A stretch of 64,000 bases of DNA, from NCBI GenBank assembly GCA_028281325.1, contig JANQKC010000015.1:20282-84281 (forward strand), written 5' to 3'. Positions 36,250 through 45,235 of the stretch are shown here, piece by piece. Both the position numbers and the translations under genes were made by a program. Below the pieces are notes generated by a model. That model worked only from the letters and a program-made list of their open reading frames with translations. It did not search any database and was not told the origin of the DNA. This DNA comes from Alphaproteobacteria bacterium. Its GTDB lineage: Bacteria > Pseudomonadota > Alphaproteobacteria > UBA8366. Position 1 is the first letter of the stretch; each line of letters opens with the position of its first letter.

Positions 36250-37881
36250 ATGACCGCCAAGCGCCCGTACCGGGACCTCCAGGAACACCTGAAAGCGTTG
36301 GATGAGGCCGGCCTGCTGCAAACCATCGACGAACCGGTGGACAAGGACGCCGAGATGCATCCCTTGGTGCGGTGGCAGTTCTGCGGCGGCATCGCCGAAA
36401 ACGACCGCAAGGCGTTTCTCTTCACCAATATCAAGGACGGTAAAGGCCGCGCCTTCGACATGCCGGTGGTGGTGGGCGCCCTCGCCGCGAACCCCGCCAT
36501 CTATAGCGAAGGGATGGAGGCGCCGGTCGAGGAGATCGGTCCGAAATGGCAAGCCGCCATCGCCAACCCCATCCCGCCGGTGATCGTCGAGGAAGCGCCC
36601 TGCCATGACGTGGTGCTGACCGGCGACGACCTGTTGGGCGAAGGCAATGGGTTGGACGCCCTGCCGATCCCCGTTTCGACGCCGGGATTCGATGCCGCGC
36701 CCACCCTCACCTCGACCAACACGATCACCCGCGACCCCGAGACGGGGGTGCAGAACATGGGCACCTATCGCTGCGGCCTGAAGGCGCCCGACCGGCTGGT
36801 CGTCCGGATGGCCACGCGGGTCGGCGGCGCGGGCGGCTACGTGCACTACCAGAAATTCAAGCAACGCGGCGAGAAGATGCCGTGCGCCATCGTCCTCGGC
36901 TGCCCGCCTTATGTCGCTTTCATGGGGCCGCAGAAACTCCCGGTCGGCATGGACGAAGTGGATGTCGCCGGCGGCCTGGCGGGCGCGCCGATCAACATGG
37001 TCAAGGCCAAGACAATCGACCTGCTTGTGCCCGCCGAATCCGAACTCGTGATCGAGGGGCTGATCGACACCGAAAATGTCGAGCCGGAAGGCCCCTTCGG
37101 CGAATCGCACGGCCACGTGGCGCTGGAAGAGTTCAACATGCCGATGCGGGTGACCGCGATCACCCATAAGGCGAAGCCGGTCATCCCGTCCTATATCAGC
37201 CAAGTCGCCCCCAGCGAATCCAGCGTGATGAAGAAGGTCGCGTACGAACCGCTGTTCCTCGCGCATCTACAAAACACCCTTTCCGTCCGGGGCGTTACGA
37301 AGGTTTCCTTGCACGAACCGCTAACCGGATTGCTGCGCGTCAGCATCATCACCTTCGAACGCGGCGTGCCTAAGACGGAAATCTGGCGCGCGCTGTACGG
37401 CACTGCCTCCTTCAAGGGCGACTGCAGCAAGATCTGCATCGCGGTCGACGAGGATATCGATCCGGCCAACGCGGACGCCCTGCTCTGGGCGATGGCCTAC
37501 CGGCATAATCCGGTCGAGGACGTGCAAATCCTCGAACACCGGGGACAAGGCCACGGGCCGAAGCGCGAACACAGCGGCGAAGAGGATTCGACCCTGCTGA
37601 TCGACGCCACGATGAAGAGCGACATGCCGCCGCTCGCCCTGCCGACCAAGGAGTATATGGAGCGCGCCAAGGCGCTGTGGGACAAGCTCGGCCTGCCGCC
37701 GGTGCGCGAGACCAATCCCTGGTTCGGCTATTCGCTCGGCGACTGGACCGATGCCTGGGACGCGGCGGCCCAGCGCGCCGCGGCGGGCGACTACCTGGAG
37801 AACGGCCGGATGACGCTGGAGCGCCAACAAAAGAACCTGATCCCGGAAACCTCGGTCCGCGATGTGGAGGATGGCTGGTAG
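36250..37881 (+). CDS. UbiD family (prFMN) decarboxylase
   Basis: N.GTYR, VPAESELVIEG, EGPFGE, VDEDID, IDAT. Confidence 0.92.
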   Translation: MTAKRPYRDLQEHLKALDEAGLLQTIDEPVDKDAEMHPLVRWQFCGGIAENDRKAFLFTNIKDGKGRAFDMPVVVGALAANPAIYSEGMEAPVEEIGPKWQAAIANPIPPVIVEEAPCHDVVLTGDDLLGEGNGLDALPIPVSTPGFDAAPTLTSTNTITRDPETGVQNMGTYRCGLKAPDRLVVRMATRVGGAGGYVHYQKFKQRGEKMPCAIVLGCPPYVAFMGPQKLPVGMDEVDVAGGLAGAPINMVKAKTIDLLVPAESELVIEGLIDTENVEPEGPFGESHGHVALEEFNMPMRVTAITHKAKPVIPSYISQVAPSESSVMKKVAYEPLFLAHLQNTLSVRGVTKVSLHEPLTGLLRVSIITFERGVPKTEIWRALYGTASFKGDCSKICIAVDEDIDPANADALLWAMAYRHNPVEDVQILEHRGQGHGPKREHSGEEDSTLLIDATMKSDMPPLALPTKEYMERAKALWDKLGLPPVRETNPWFGYSLGDWTDAWDAAAQRAAAGDYLENGRMTLERQQKNLIPETSVRDVEDGW

Positions 37882-37885
37882 GCGG

Positions 37886-39367
37886 TCACGCCTTGCCGTC
37901 GAAACCGAACAGCTCGGGCTCCTTCCCCGGCACGGGATTGTTGAGGTAATTGCACTTGCTTAGACAGGCCTCGACGCCGCCCATGCGCTCGATCTGCGCA
38001 CGCTGATCCGCCTTCGCCCGCCGGTCCACCTCTTCCGGGTTCAGGATGGTGCGCAGTTCGGCCTCCAACGCCGCAACCTGACGGCGGCCTGCGTCGGTGC
38101 CCGAAAGGTCGTTGGTTTCGCCCGGGTCGGCCTCCAGGTCGAACAGCTGCAAGGGCATATCGACGAAGTACAGAAGCTTGTAGCGCCCGCGCCGGAACGC
38201 GAACATCCCGGTCTTCGAGCCATGCCCGTGATATTCGCTGAAGCCGAACCGATCGGACTCGTCGCCAGCGATCGCCGGCCACAGCGAGACGCCTAACAGG
38301 TCGGCGTCTTCCGCTTCGAGCTTTCCGCCCACCGTTTCGACGATCGTTGGAAACAGGTCGACGTGATTTACGATCTGATCGACCACGCCGCCGGGCATGA
38401 TCCCCGGCCCGGCCATGACGAAGGGCACGCTGATTGAGTGGTCGTAGACGATCGACTTGGCGAATAGACCGTGATGACCCGCCGCCTCGCCGTGGTCGGA
38501 CGTGTACAGGATCCGCGTGGTCGACAATAGATCAAGGTCTTCGGCGACCTTCATGACCGCGCCGATCTGCTCGTCCATATGGGTGATCAGCGCGCAATAG
38601 CCGGCCACCGTCCGGCGCACGAAATCCTCGGTCGCGAGACCTTCGAACTCATGCAAACGCCGAATGTGGTCGGCGGCCGGATGATGCGGTTGCTCGCCCG
38701 CGCGGAACTGCGGCGGCAGCGGCATGGCCTCTGGCGGATACAGATCCATCAACCGCTGCGGCACCACGAAGGGCGGATGCGGCGCGGCATAGGACACGAA
38801 CAGCACCCAGGGTTTGTCACTCTGCGCCGAGTGTTCGTTAAGCCATGCAATGGCCTTTTCGGTAATCTCGCGGTCGTAGACCACATAATCGCTGTCATCG
38901 CCGATGCCGGTGCGGCTGTATTGCAGCCGCGGCGACGGCCGGGCGCGCTCGCCGTCCGGTGTGGCGCGCAGCAGCCCGAACAATGCGCCCCTGCTCTCCA
39001 CGATATGCATCGGGATTTGCGATTCCGTGAATCCGTAGTCCGGCCCCTCCTCCCGGTAATGCAATTTCCCGATCGAGGTCACGGTGTGCCCCTGCTCCCG
39101 CAGGCGGCGATGCCAGCTCGGTATCTTTCCGTCATAAACCAACGCGTTATCCCAATACCTGGTTTGATGCGGAAACCGGCCGGTCGCGATGGCCGCCCGC
39201 GCCGGACAGCAGACCGCCGATGCGGCGTAGGCCTTGGCGAACCGTACGCCGGATGCGGCGATCCGGTCGATCGTCGGCGTCCGAACCGCCGGGTGACCAT
39301 AGCAGCCGGCGTAGTCGCGGAAATGATTATCCGCCATGAACAGGATCAAGTTGGTCGGCCGCGTCAT
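37886..39367 (-). CDS. Sulfatase (choline sulfatase-like)
   Basis: TPTID, CCPAR (CxPxR), GKLH, PHPP, TSDHG. Confidence 0.9.
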   Translation of the reverse strand: MTRPTNLILFMADNHFRDYAGCYGHPAVRTPTIDRIAASGVRFAKAYAASAVCCPARAAIATGRFPHQTRYWDNALVYDGKIPSWHRRLREQGHTVTSIGKLHYREEGPDYGFTESQIPMHIVESRGALFGLLRATPDGERARPSPRLQYSRTGIGDDSDYVVYDREITEKAIAWLNEHSAQSDKPWVLFVSYAAPHPPFVVPQRLMDLYPPEAMPLPPQFRAGEQPHHPAADHIRRLHEFEGLATEDFVRRTVAGYCALITHMDEQIGAVMKVAEDLDLLSTTRILYTSDHGEAAGHHGLFAKSIVYDHSISVPFVMAGPGIMPGGVVDQIVNHVDLFPTIVETVGGKLEAEDADLLGVSLWPAIAGDESDRFGFSEYHGHGSKTGMFAFRRGRYKLLYFVDMPLQLFDLEADPGETNDLSGTDAGRRQVAALEAELRTILNPEEVDRRAKADQRAQIERMGGVEACLSKCNYLNNPVPGKEPELFGFDGKA

Positions 39368-39457
39368 TTTTTCCTCACAGGCCCGCGCCTTTAACGGGTA
39401 AGGGTACACTATAATTCGTGACTGCACCGCGGCGGAGAGGGTTTCGATGACCATGCC

Positions 39458-41122
39458 ATGCTAGTCCGGCGCCTTCGGCTGACGACCGGCCTCGTCCTGG
39501 CCGTCTACCTCATCCTTCATTTTTTCAATCATGCCGCGGGGCTGCTGTCGCTCGACGCGATGGAAGCGATGCGCAAGACGGTTACCCTGTTCTGGCACAA
39601 TCCCATCGGAACGGCGCTGCTGTATGGATCGCTCCTGACGCATTTCCTGCTGGCGTTGTGGTCGCTGTATCAGCGCAGCAATCTGCGCCTTAAGCTGTGG
39701 GAAGCGATCCAACTGGGGTTCGGTCTTTTGATGCTGCCGCTCGCCGCCGGCCATATTATCGGCACGCGCGCGCGGCTTGAGCTTCTCGACATCGACCTCA
39801 CCTATCCGCAACTCGTGACGATCCTCTGGCAAAACCCTGCGGGGACCGCGAAACAGATTCTGCTGATGGCGATCGTCTGGGGCCACATGGTCGTCGGACT
39901 GCATTTTTGGCTGCGGCTGAAGACATGGTACCCGACCGCGCAACCCTACCTGCTGCTCGGCGCGGCCCTGTTGCCGACGTTGGCGCTGATGGGTTTCGTG
40001 CGCGCCGGTCTCGCGGTGGATGCGGCCAGCCTGGTGCCGGGATGGACCGACGCGCTTCTCGCCCCGCTGCAACCCAGCGACCCGTCTATGGCGGAAGTCC
40101 ATTCCAGGCTGGAGCCGATCGCCTTGTCGGTGATGGCCGGCCTTTTGATCGTCGTCCTCGCCGCCCGACAAATCCGTCGAATGGTTCGCAGCCGGATCGG
40201 CGCCTATCGGCTGCAAATGCCGTCGGGCGCAGTGGTCACCGCATCGGTCGGCTCGACCATGTTGGAAGCGATCCGCGCCGCCGGCATTCCGCATGCCTCG
40301 GTCTGCGGCGGCCGCGGCCGTTGCACCACCTGCCGGGTCCGGGTGAGCGACGGCGGGCAGACCCTGCCCCGACCGAACGATACGGAGGCGACGGCGCTGC
40401 GCCGCATCGAGGCGCCGGCAAACGTGCGTCTCGCCTGCCAGACACGCCCGCGCCGGGACATTTCGATCGTTCCGTTGCTGCCGCCGACCGCGACGGCGCA
40501 AGCGGCGCGCCAACTCGGCAGCGTGCAAGGGCACGAACAGGCCGCGGTCATCATGTTCCTCGACCTGCGTGAGTCGACGGCGCTCGGCGAGCGCCTGCTG
40601 CCCTACGACACGGTCTTCATCCTCAACCAGTTCTTCGCCGAGATGTCGGCGGGGTTGCGCGAAACCGGCGGCCACTACGCGCAATTCAACGGCGACGGAT
40701 TGATGGCGATCTACGGCTTGCGGTCGGGCGTCGACGCCGGCTGCCGCGAGGCCTTGGAGGGCGCTGTCACCCTCCACCGGCGGCTGGACCGGTTGAACGA
40801 GACGCTCGGGACCGAACTCGGACAGTCGTTGCGGATGGGGATCGGGCTGCATTGCGGCGAGGCCATCGTCGGCACCATGGGGCCGCCCGACGCGCCGACC
40901 CTGACGGCGGTCGGCGATACCGTCAACATCGCGGCGCGGTTGGAAGCGCTCACCAAGACCTACGGCTGCGCGGTCGTCGTCTCGCAAGCCGTTGCCGAGA
41001 CGGCGGGCCTCGATCTAGGTCGGTTTACACGGCATACCGCGCCCATCCGCGGCCGCGACAAGGAACTTGAAATCCACGCGATCGACGACACGGCCGAATT
41101 GGCCAGAGCTTTGCGGATATAG
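39458..41122 (+). CDS. Class III nucleotide cyclase with His-containing membrane domain and 2Fe-2S ferredoxin (CyaC-like)
   Basis: TM His residues (HFFNH, THF, GHI, GHMVVGLH), CGGRGRCTTC..RLAC, DLR.ST, GDG, GDTVNIAARLE. Confidence 0.9.
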   Translation: MLVRRLRLTTGLVLAVYLILHFFNHAAGLLSLDAMEAMRKTVTLFWHNPIGTALLYGSLLTHFLLALWSLYQRSNLRLKLWEAIQLGFGLLMLPLAAGHIIGTRARLELLDIDLTYPQLVTILWQNPAGTAKQILLMAIVWGHMVVGLHFWLRLKTWYPTAQPYLLLGAALLPTLALMGFVRAGLAVDAASLVPGWTDALLAPLQPSDPSMAEVHSRLEPIALSVMAGLLIVVLAARQIRRMVRSRIGAYRLQMPSGAVVTASVGSTMLEAIRAAGIPHASVCGGRGRCTTCRVRVSDGGQTLPRPNDTEATALRRIEAPANVRLACQTRPRRDISIVPLLPPTATAQAARQLGSVQGHEQAAVIMFLDLRESTALGERLLPYDTVFILNQFFAEMSAGLRETGGHYAQFNGDGLMAIYGLRSGVDAGCREALEGAVTLHRRLDRLNETLGTELGQSLRMGIGLHCGEAIVGTMGPPDAPTLTAVGDTVNIAARLEALTKTYGCAVVVSQAVAETAGLDLGRFTRHTAPIRGRDKELEIHAIDDTAELARALRI

Positions 41123-41127
41123 CGTCG

Positions 41128-41631
41128 CTAGTGAACCCGTTGACCCGCGATCGGTCTCGGCTCGTGCCGGATTTGCGCGTGTATGGTGATTTCCGCATCA
41201 TCGAAGACGTCGGCGACAAATTGGACGGGATCATACGCCAACCGAACCGCCGCCGGATGCAGCCATTCGCCGAGCAGAATGTAGCCTGTCATCTTGTCTC
41301 CCGCCTGCAATGCCGCGACCAACGCCAACATCGTTTGTTCGTCGGAACTCACCGCACGACAGGACGGACAGTTGATCTCGATCTGGCGGCGGGCGCCGGT
41401 CACGACCAGGCGCAGAAAATGATCGAATGCCCCGAACGCGGCGCCGACGGCCGCTTCGTCGAACACCGCCCGGATCGGCGAAACGTCTTTCGGCGCGGCG
41501 CGCATTTGGTCGACCCATTTTCGGACGGACCAGATGGTGAATTGTTCCGCAAACCGCAGCGCCTGAAACGCGACCGGTGGCGGTTCTGCATCCCCGACTC
41601 GGTCCACCGCAAAATCCCGCAAGTCATCCAT
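41128..41631 (-). CDS. Hypothetical protein with a CxxC-(x)-SxDE motif
   Basis: Clean ORF, GAGAGGA SD-like tract before the ATG at 41631, NCPSCRAVSSDEQ. Confidence 0.75.
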   Translation of the reverse strand: MDDLRDFAVDRVGDAEPPPVAFQALRFAEQFTIWSVRKWVDQMRAAPKDVSPIRAVFDEAAVGAAFGAFDHFLRLVVTGARRQIEINCPSCRAVSSDEQTMLALVAALQAGDKMTGYILLGEWLHPAAVRLAYDPVQFVADVFDDAEITIHAQIRHEPRPIAGQRVH

Positions 41632-41686
41632 TCCGTTTTCCTCTCCCACCGTCCCGATCTCGAAAAGACTGTTATTATTTATTGCA

Positions 41687-41705
41687 ATTGCGAGTCATTC
41701 GCAAT
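41687..41705. promoter_or_regulatory. Alpha-type Fur box inside a bidirectional promoter
   Basis: ATTGCGA-GTCAT-TCGCAAT (7-5-7 palindrome). Plus strand TTGCAA(41682)-N17-TATATA(41705); minus strand TTGCGA-N17-TAAATA. Confidence 0.75.
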
Positions 41706-41715
41706 ATATAATGCG

Positions 41716-41806
41716 CATGAAAACTTGCTGATTTGGCGTGGCCTCCCTCCCCAGGGTACAAGCCGCCCACGCGGGCGGGCGGTGTCTTTAACATCGCCCG
41801 CTTTCG
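41716..41806 (+). ncRNA. Candidate Fur-repressed trans-acting sRNA
   Basis: Promoter upstream, GCGTGG/CCACGC stem enclosing CCTCCCTCCCC, then a terminator hairpin with plus-strand U tail; ends approximate. Confidence 0.6.
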
Positions 41807-41810
41807 GTTT
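41775..41810 (+). terminator. Intrinsic terminator of the candidate sRNA
   Basis: GCGGGCGGTGT-CTTTA-ACATCGCCCGC-TTTCGGTTT. Confidence 0.65.
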
Positions 41811-41946
41811 TCGATCGTTTTTTGAAAGTTGAAGGACTTCAGGAGTCGAATGACCCACGCTGAATTGGGTCAACGCACGCATCCGGCAAAAAGAGAGATT
41901 TTGCCCCGTTCATCCACGTCAGGGCAGTGCAACGAGCCCTTTGAGA

Positions 41947-42171
41947 TTAGGATCCCGTGCAGACTTTTTCGACGCCGCCGATCCAATCGGCAACCCGGTA
42001 GTTCGCATCGGCCGGCCCGATCTCAGGATGATGATGCCGATAGACCCGAACGGCCGCCTGGAACGATCCGGCGTCATCCAAGCCGGTTTCCCGGAGGTTC
42101 TGATATGCGTTCAAAACTGCCGTCTTACAGGAGAATCCTTTGACTCCCCCAACTTTTTCTCCGATGCCCAT
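41947..42171 (-). CDS. Small hypothetical protein (74 aa), divergent from bfd
   Basis: SCKTAVLNAYQNLRETG..D..SF.AAVRVYRHHHPE; helical, protein-like pattern. Confidence 0.65.
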   Translation of the reverse strand: MGIGEKVGGVKGFSCKTAVLNAYQNLRETGLDDAGSFQAAVRVYRHHHPEIGPADANYRVADWIGGVEKVCTGS

Positions 42172-42275
42172 GATTTTCCCTGTATTTCCCTTGGCCCGAC
42201 GAAGCGCGCTATGATTTTGCGACATAAACACCGCCCGATCCACCCTATCTTAAGCGGTAAAAAATGAATATTGCA

Positions 42276-42294
42276 ACTGATAACGACTTGCAAA
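42276..42294. promoter_or_regulatory. Second Fur-like box between bfd and the small ORF
   Basis: TGATAACGACTTGCA (reverse TGCAAGTCGTTATCA) in an AT-rich tract. Confidence 0.5.
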
Positions 42295-42363
42295 TAAATT
42301 TCTGTATAGTTATTCTTTTACCAATCGAGTGACGCATCGCGTCGTAACGGGGCTGCACGCCAT

Positions 42364-42546
42364 ATGTATGTGTGTATCTGCAATGCGCTGACGGAAACGC
42401 AGGTCGAGGAGGCCCTTGCCTCCGGCGTTTCGTCGATGTCGGCGGTTTACGAGTGCTTGGGCTGCAAGCCACAATGCGGACGTTGCTGTCAGGAGGTCAG
42501 GTCCAAGCTTCGCCGTATGCAGGATATCGCCGGCGGCGCGGACTGA
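42364..42546 (+). CDS. bfd: Bacterioferritin-associated ferredoxin
   Basis: MYVCICN...CGRC, directly upstream of bfr. Confidence 0.93.
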   Translation: MYVCICNALTETQVEEALASGVSSMSAVYECLGCKPQCGRCCQEVRSKLRRMQDIAGGAD

Positions 42547-42724
42547 TCCAGCCGGGCAGCGGTCGCCGAATGCGCCGCTGCTGGGATGTTGTTGAATACA
42601 CTTGATTCTTGCCGGGACTTCTCGGCGAGACGTTTGTTTATTGTATTTTCTTCTTTAAACGCCAAGGCAATGGCACTAGATTGGAATTGTTAAAATTTCA
42701 GTTTCACCTAGTGCTGGAGGCCTT

Positions 42725-43192
42725 ATGAAAGGCGACACTGAGGTTATCAAACACCTCAATAAAATCCTGTTCAACGAGCTAACGGCAATTAATCAGTATT
42801 TTCTGCATGCCCGCATGCTGGACGACTGGGGCTTCGGCGAGTTGGCCGAGCATGAAAAGCACGAATCCATCGACGAGATGAAGCATGCGGACCAATTGAT
42901 CGAACGCATTCTCTTTCTCGAAGGACTGCCGAACCTTCAGGACCTAGGGAAGCTGATGATCGGCGAGGATCCTGTTGAAATCCTGAAATGCGACCTCAAA
43001 CTCGAAATGATCGCCATTCCAGATCTTCGGGAAGCGATTGCCTGTTGCGAGGAAAAGGCCGACTACGTAAGCCGTGAACTCCTGCGGAGCATTCTCGACT
43101 CCGAGGAAGAACATGTGGATTGGCTCGAAACGAAGCTCAGCCTCGTCGATAAGATCGGCAAGCAGAATTTCCTGCAATCGCAAATGTCCTGA
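42725..43192 (+). CDS. bfr: Bacterioferritin
   Basis: [21 protein letters not shown] (heme Met), [20 protein letters not shown]. Confidence 0.97.
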   Translation: MKGDTEVIKHLNKILFNELTAINQYFLHARMLDDWGFGELAEHEKHESIDEMKHADQLIERILFLEGLPNLQDLGKLMIGEDPVEILKCDLKLEMIAIPDLREAIACCEEKADYVSRELLRSILDSEEEHVDWLETKLSLVDKIGKQNFLQSQMS

Positions 43193-43228
43193 TCGGTCAC
43201 ATCGCGTCGCGCACTATTCCGCCGAGTC

Positions 43229-43762
43229 TTACGCGACCTCGTCTTCCATGCTGATCTGCAAGGCGTCGTTGAAGCGGTTGAAAAAGCCGCAAAGCCCGAT
43301 GCGCAGCGTCAGTTCGACGATCTGTTCCTCGGAAAAGTGCTCGCGCAGTCCATCAAAAATGGCATCGCGCATGTATTGCGGTTTTTCGGTTACCTGGACC
43401 GCGTAATCCCGGACGAGCAGATCGACTTCATCGAAGCCAGGCACCACGTCATCCAGGATGCTGTCGGTCGCGGCCGGGTCAAAGCCCTGCCCCGCCAGCC
43501 GCGGCGCGTGATGCGCCACGCAATATGTGCATTCGTTCAGCTTCGACACCACGACCAGGGCGATCTCCAAGTACCGCTTCGGCAGCACCGCTTCATCGGC
43601 CAGATCGAGCAGCAGCCCCATAATGTGCCGAACCGCCGGCGGCCGATGGGCGAAAACCTTCGCCTGGTTTTCGAACGGGCCGTATTCCGTGCAGTAACGC
43701 CGAAAGACTTCGCGCGCGTCTTCCGGCAGCTTCTCCGGACCGATCTCGCTGACACGAGGCAT
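43229..43762 (-). CDS. AhpD/carboxymuconolactone decarboxylase family protein
   Basis: EIA..VS..NECTYCVAHH, FNRFN. Confidence 0.85.
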   Translation of the reverse strand: MPRVSEIGPEKLPEDAREVFRRYCTEYGPFENQAKVFAHRPPAVRHIMGLLLDLADEAVLPKRYLEIALVVVSKLNECTYCVAHHAPRLAGQGFDPAATDSILDDVVPGFDEVDLLVRDYAVQVTEKPQYMRDAIFDGLREHFSEEQIVELTLRIGLCGFFNRFNDALQISMEDEVA

Positions 43763-44078
43763 GCTGTTTTCTCCTTATCGGGACGGGAAAGGATAATGAC
43801 GCGGCCGGCGGCGACACCCCCGCAGTCTATGGCCCTACGGCCGGCCGCAGCAAGGATTTGTCCAACCCTGCCGTGTAGATTCATGCGGCTCAACACCTCA
43901 TTTTGACTTGACGACCCGGCTTGGCTGGTTCCTTCTAATTCTTCGGAAATTTCGATGAAATCGTGGGGACGCGAACAAGAAGCATCAACGCAAAAAAAGC
44001 CAACGCCGATTTCAATCGTCCGAAACATACTCAAGTCCAAGATCAATAAGATCGAGACGATAAACAGGGAGGCATTCG

Positions 44079-45149
44079 ATGCAGATAAAACGGGTAATTA
44101 TGGCCGGGGCTGTCGCCGCCGGTTTGGGCGCGACGGCGATCGCGCCCGCAGCGGCGGAAGTTCAGAAATACAACTTCGAAGTCGTCGGGACGTGGGGCTT
44201 CCTCGAGAACTGGAAGGAATTCGAGAGCAAGTTCTGGAACGAGCGGCTCCCCAAGGCATCCGGCGGCAAGCTGACGGCGAACGCCAAGCCGTATACCGAA
44301 CTGGGGATTAAAGGCTACGAGGTGATGTCGGGCCTGAAGAAAGGCGCCTATGACGCCGTGCACGCCCTCACCTCCTACAGCGCCAAAGCCAGCCCCGCGC
44401 TCGAAGGCATCGACCTCGCCGGGGTCATCCAGGATTTCGATACCTACCGCAAGGCGGTGAACGCCTACCGGCCGATTCTGGAGCGGGAAGTCGCGGACAA
44501 GTACAACGCGAAACTCATCAACATCTACACTTTCCCGAGCCAGCAGCTGTGGTGCAACATGAAGGACCGCAGCCTCAAGAACGTCTCGCTGAAGGACCTC
44601 AAGGGCAAGAAGATCCGCACCTATAGCCGGACGCTTGGCGACTTCATCGAAGGTCTCGACGCCAGCGCGGTCACCATCGCCTTCGCCGAGGTCGTCCCGG
44701 CCCTGCAGAAGGGCGTCGCGGACTGCGGCATCACCGGCACGATGCCGGCCTATAACGCCAAGTGGTGGCAGGTGGTCACGCATAACATCCGCGTTCGCGT
44801 GGGCTACGCGGCGACCTTCACCGCGATCAACATGGACACCTGGAAAGACCTGAACGCCGACACGCAGAAGCTGATCATGTCCGAAGCCAAGAAGATGGAA
44901 GACGAGGCGTGGGCCTTCACCAAGACGCTCGATCAGAAGGGCATGGACTGCAACGCGGCCGGCCCCTGTGATAAGGGCGAGACCGGCGGCATGGTTCCGA
45001 TCACGCCCACGGCGGCCGATCAGGCGATGCTGAAGAAGATCGCGCAGGACGTCGTGGTCAAGCGTTGGGCCAAACGGTGCGGTGCGGCATGCACCGCCGA
45101 ATGGAACGCCACCGTCGGCAAGGTCGTCGGCATCACGGCTTCCGAGTAG
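44079..45149 (+). CDS. dctP: TRAP transporter substrate-binding protein
   Basis: Signal peptide, DLKGKKIR, FAEVVPALQKGVADC. Confidence 0.9.
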   Translation: MQIKRVIMAGAVAAGLGATAIAPAAAEVQKYNFEVVGTWGFLENWKEFESKFWNERLPKASGGKLTANAKPYTELGIKGYEVMSGLKKGAYDAVHALTSYSAKASPALEGIDLAGVIQDFDTYRKAVNAYRPILEREVADKYNAKLINIYTFPSQQLWCNMKDRSLKNVSLKDLKGKKIRTYSRTLGDFIEGLDASAVTIAFAEVVPALQKGVADCGITGTMPAYNAKWWQVVTHNIRVRVGYAATFTAINMDTWKDLNADTQKLIMSEAKKMEDEAWAFTKTLDQKGMDCNAAGPCDKGETGGMVPITPTAADQAMLKKIAQDVVVKRWAKRCGAACTAEWNATVGKVVGITASE

Positions 45150-45235
45150 GCAGCCCGCCTTTCCGATTCTCATAATGCCGTGCAGATGACGGCAGCATCT
45201 GCACGGCGGTCGGAATCGGTGGGCGGCAAACCAGC

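Noticed and set aside
41711-41731. Mini-ORF (MR)MKTC as a leader peptide or attenuator
   Set aside because: There is no plus-strand gene after the terminator to attenuate; kept only as a minor alternative to the sRNA model
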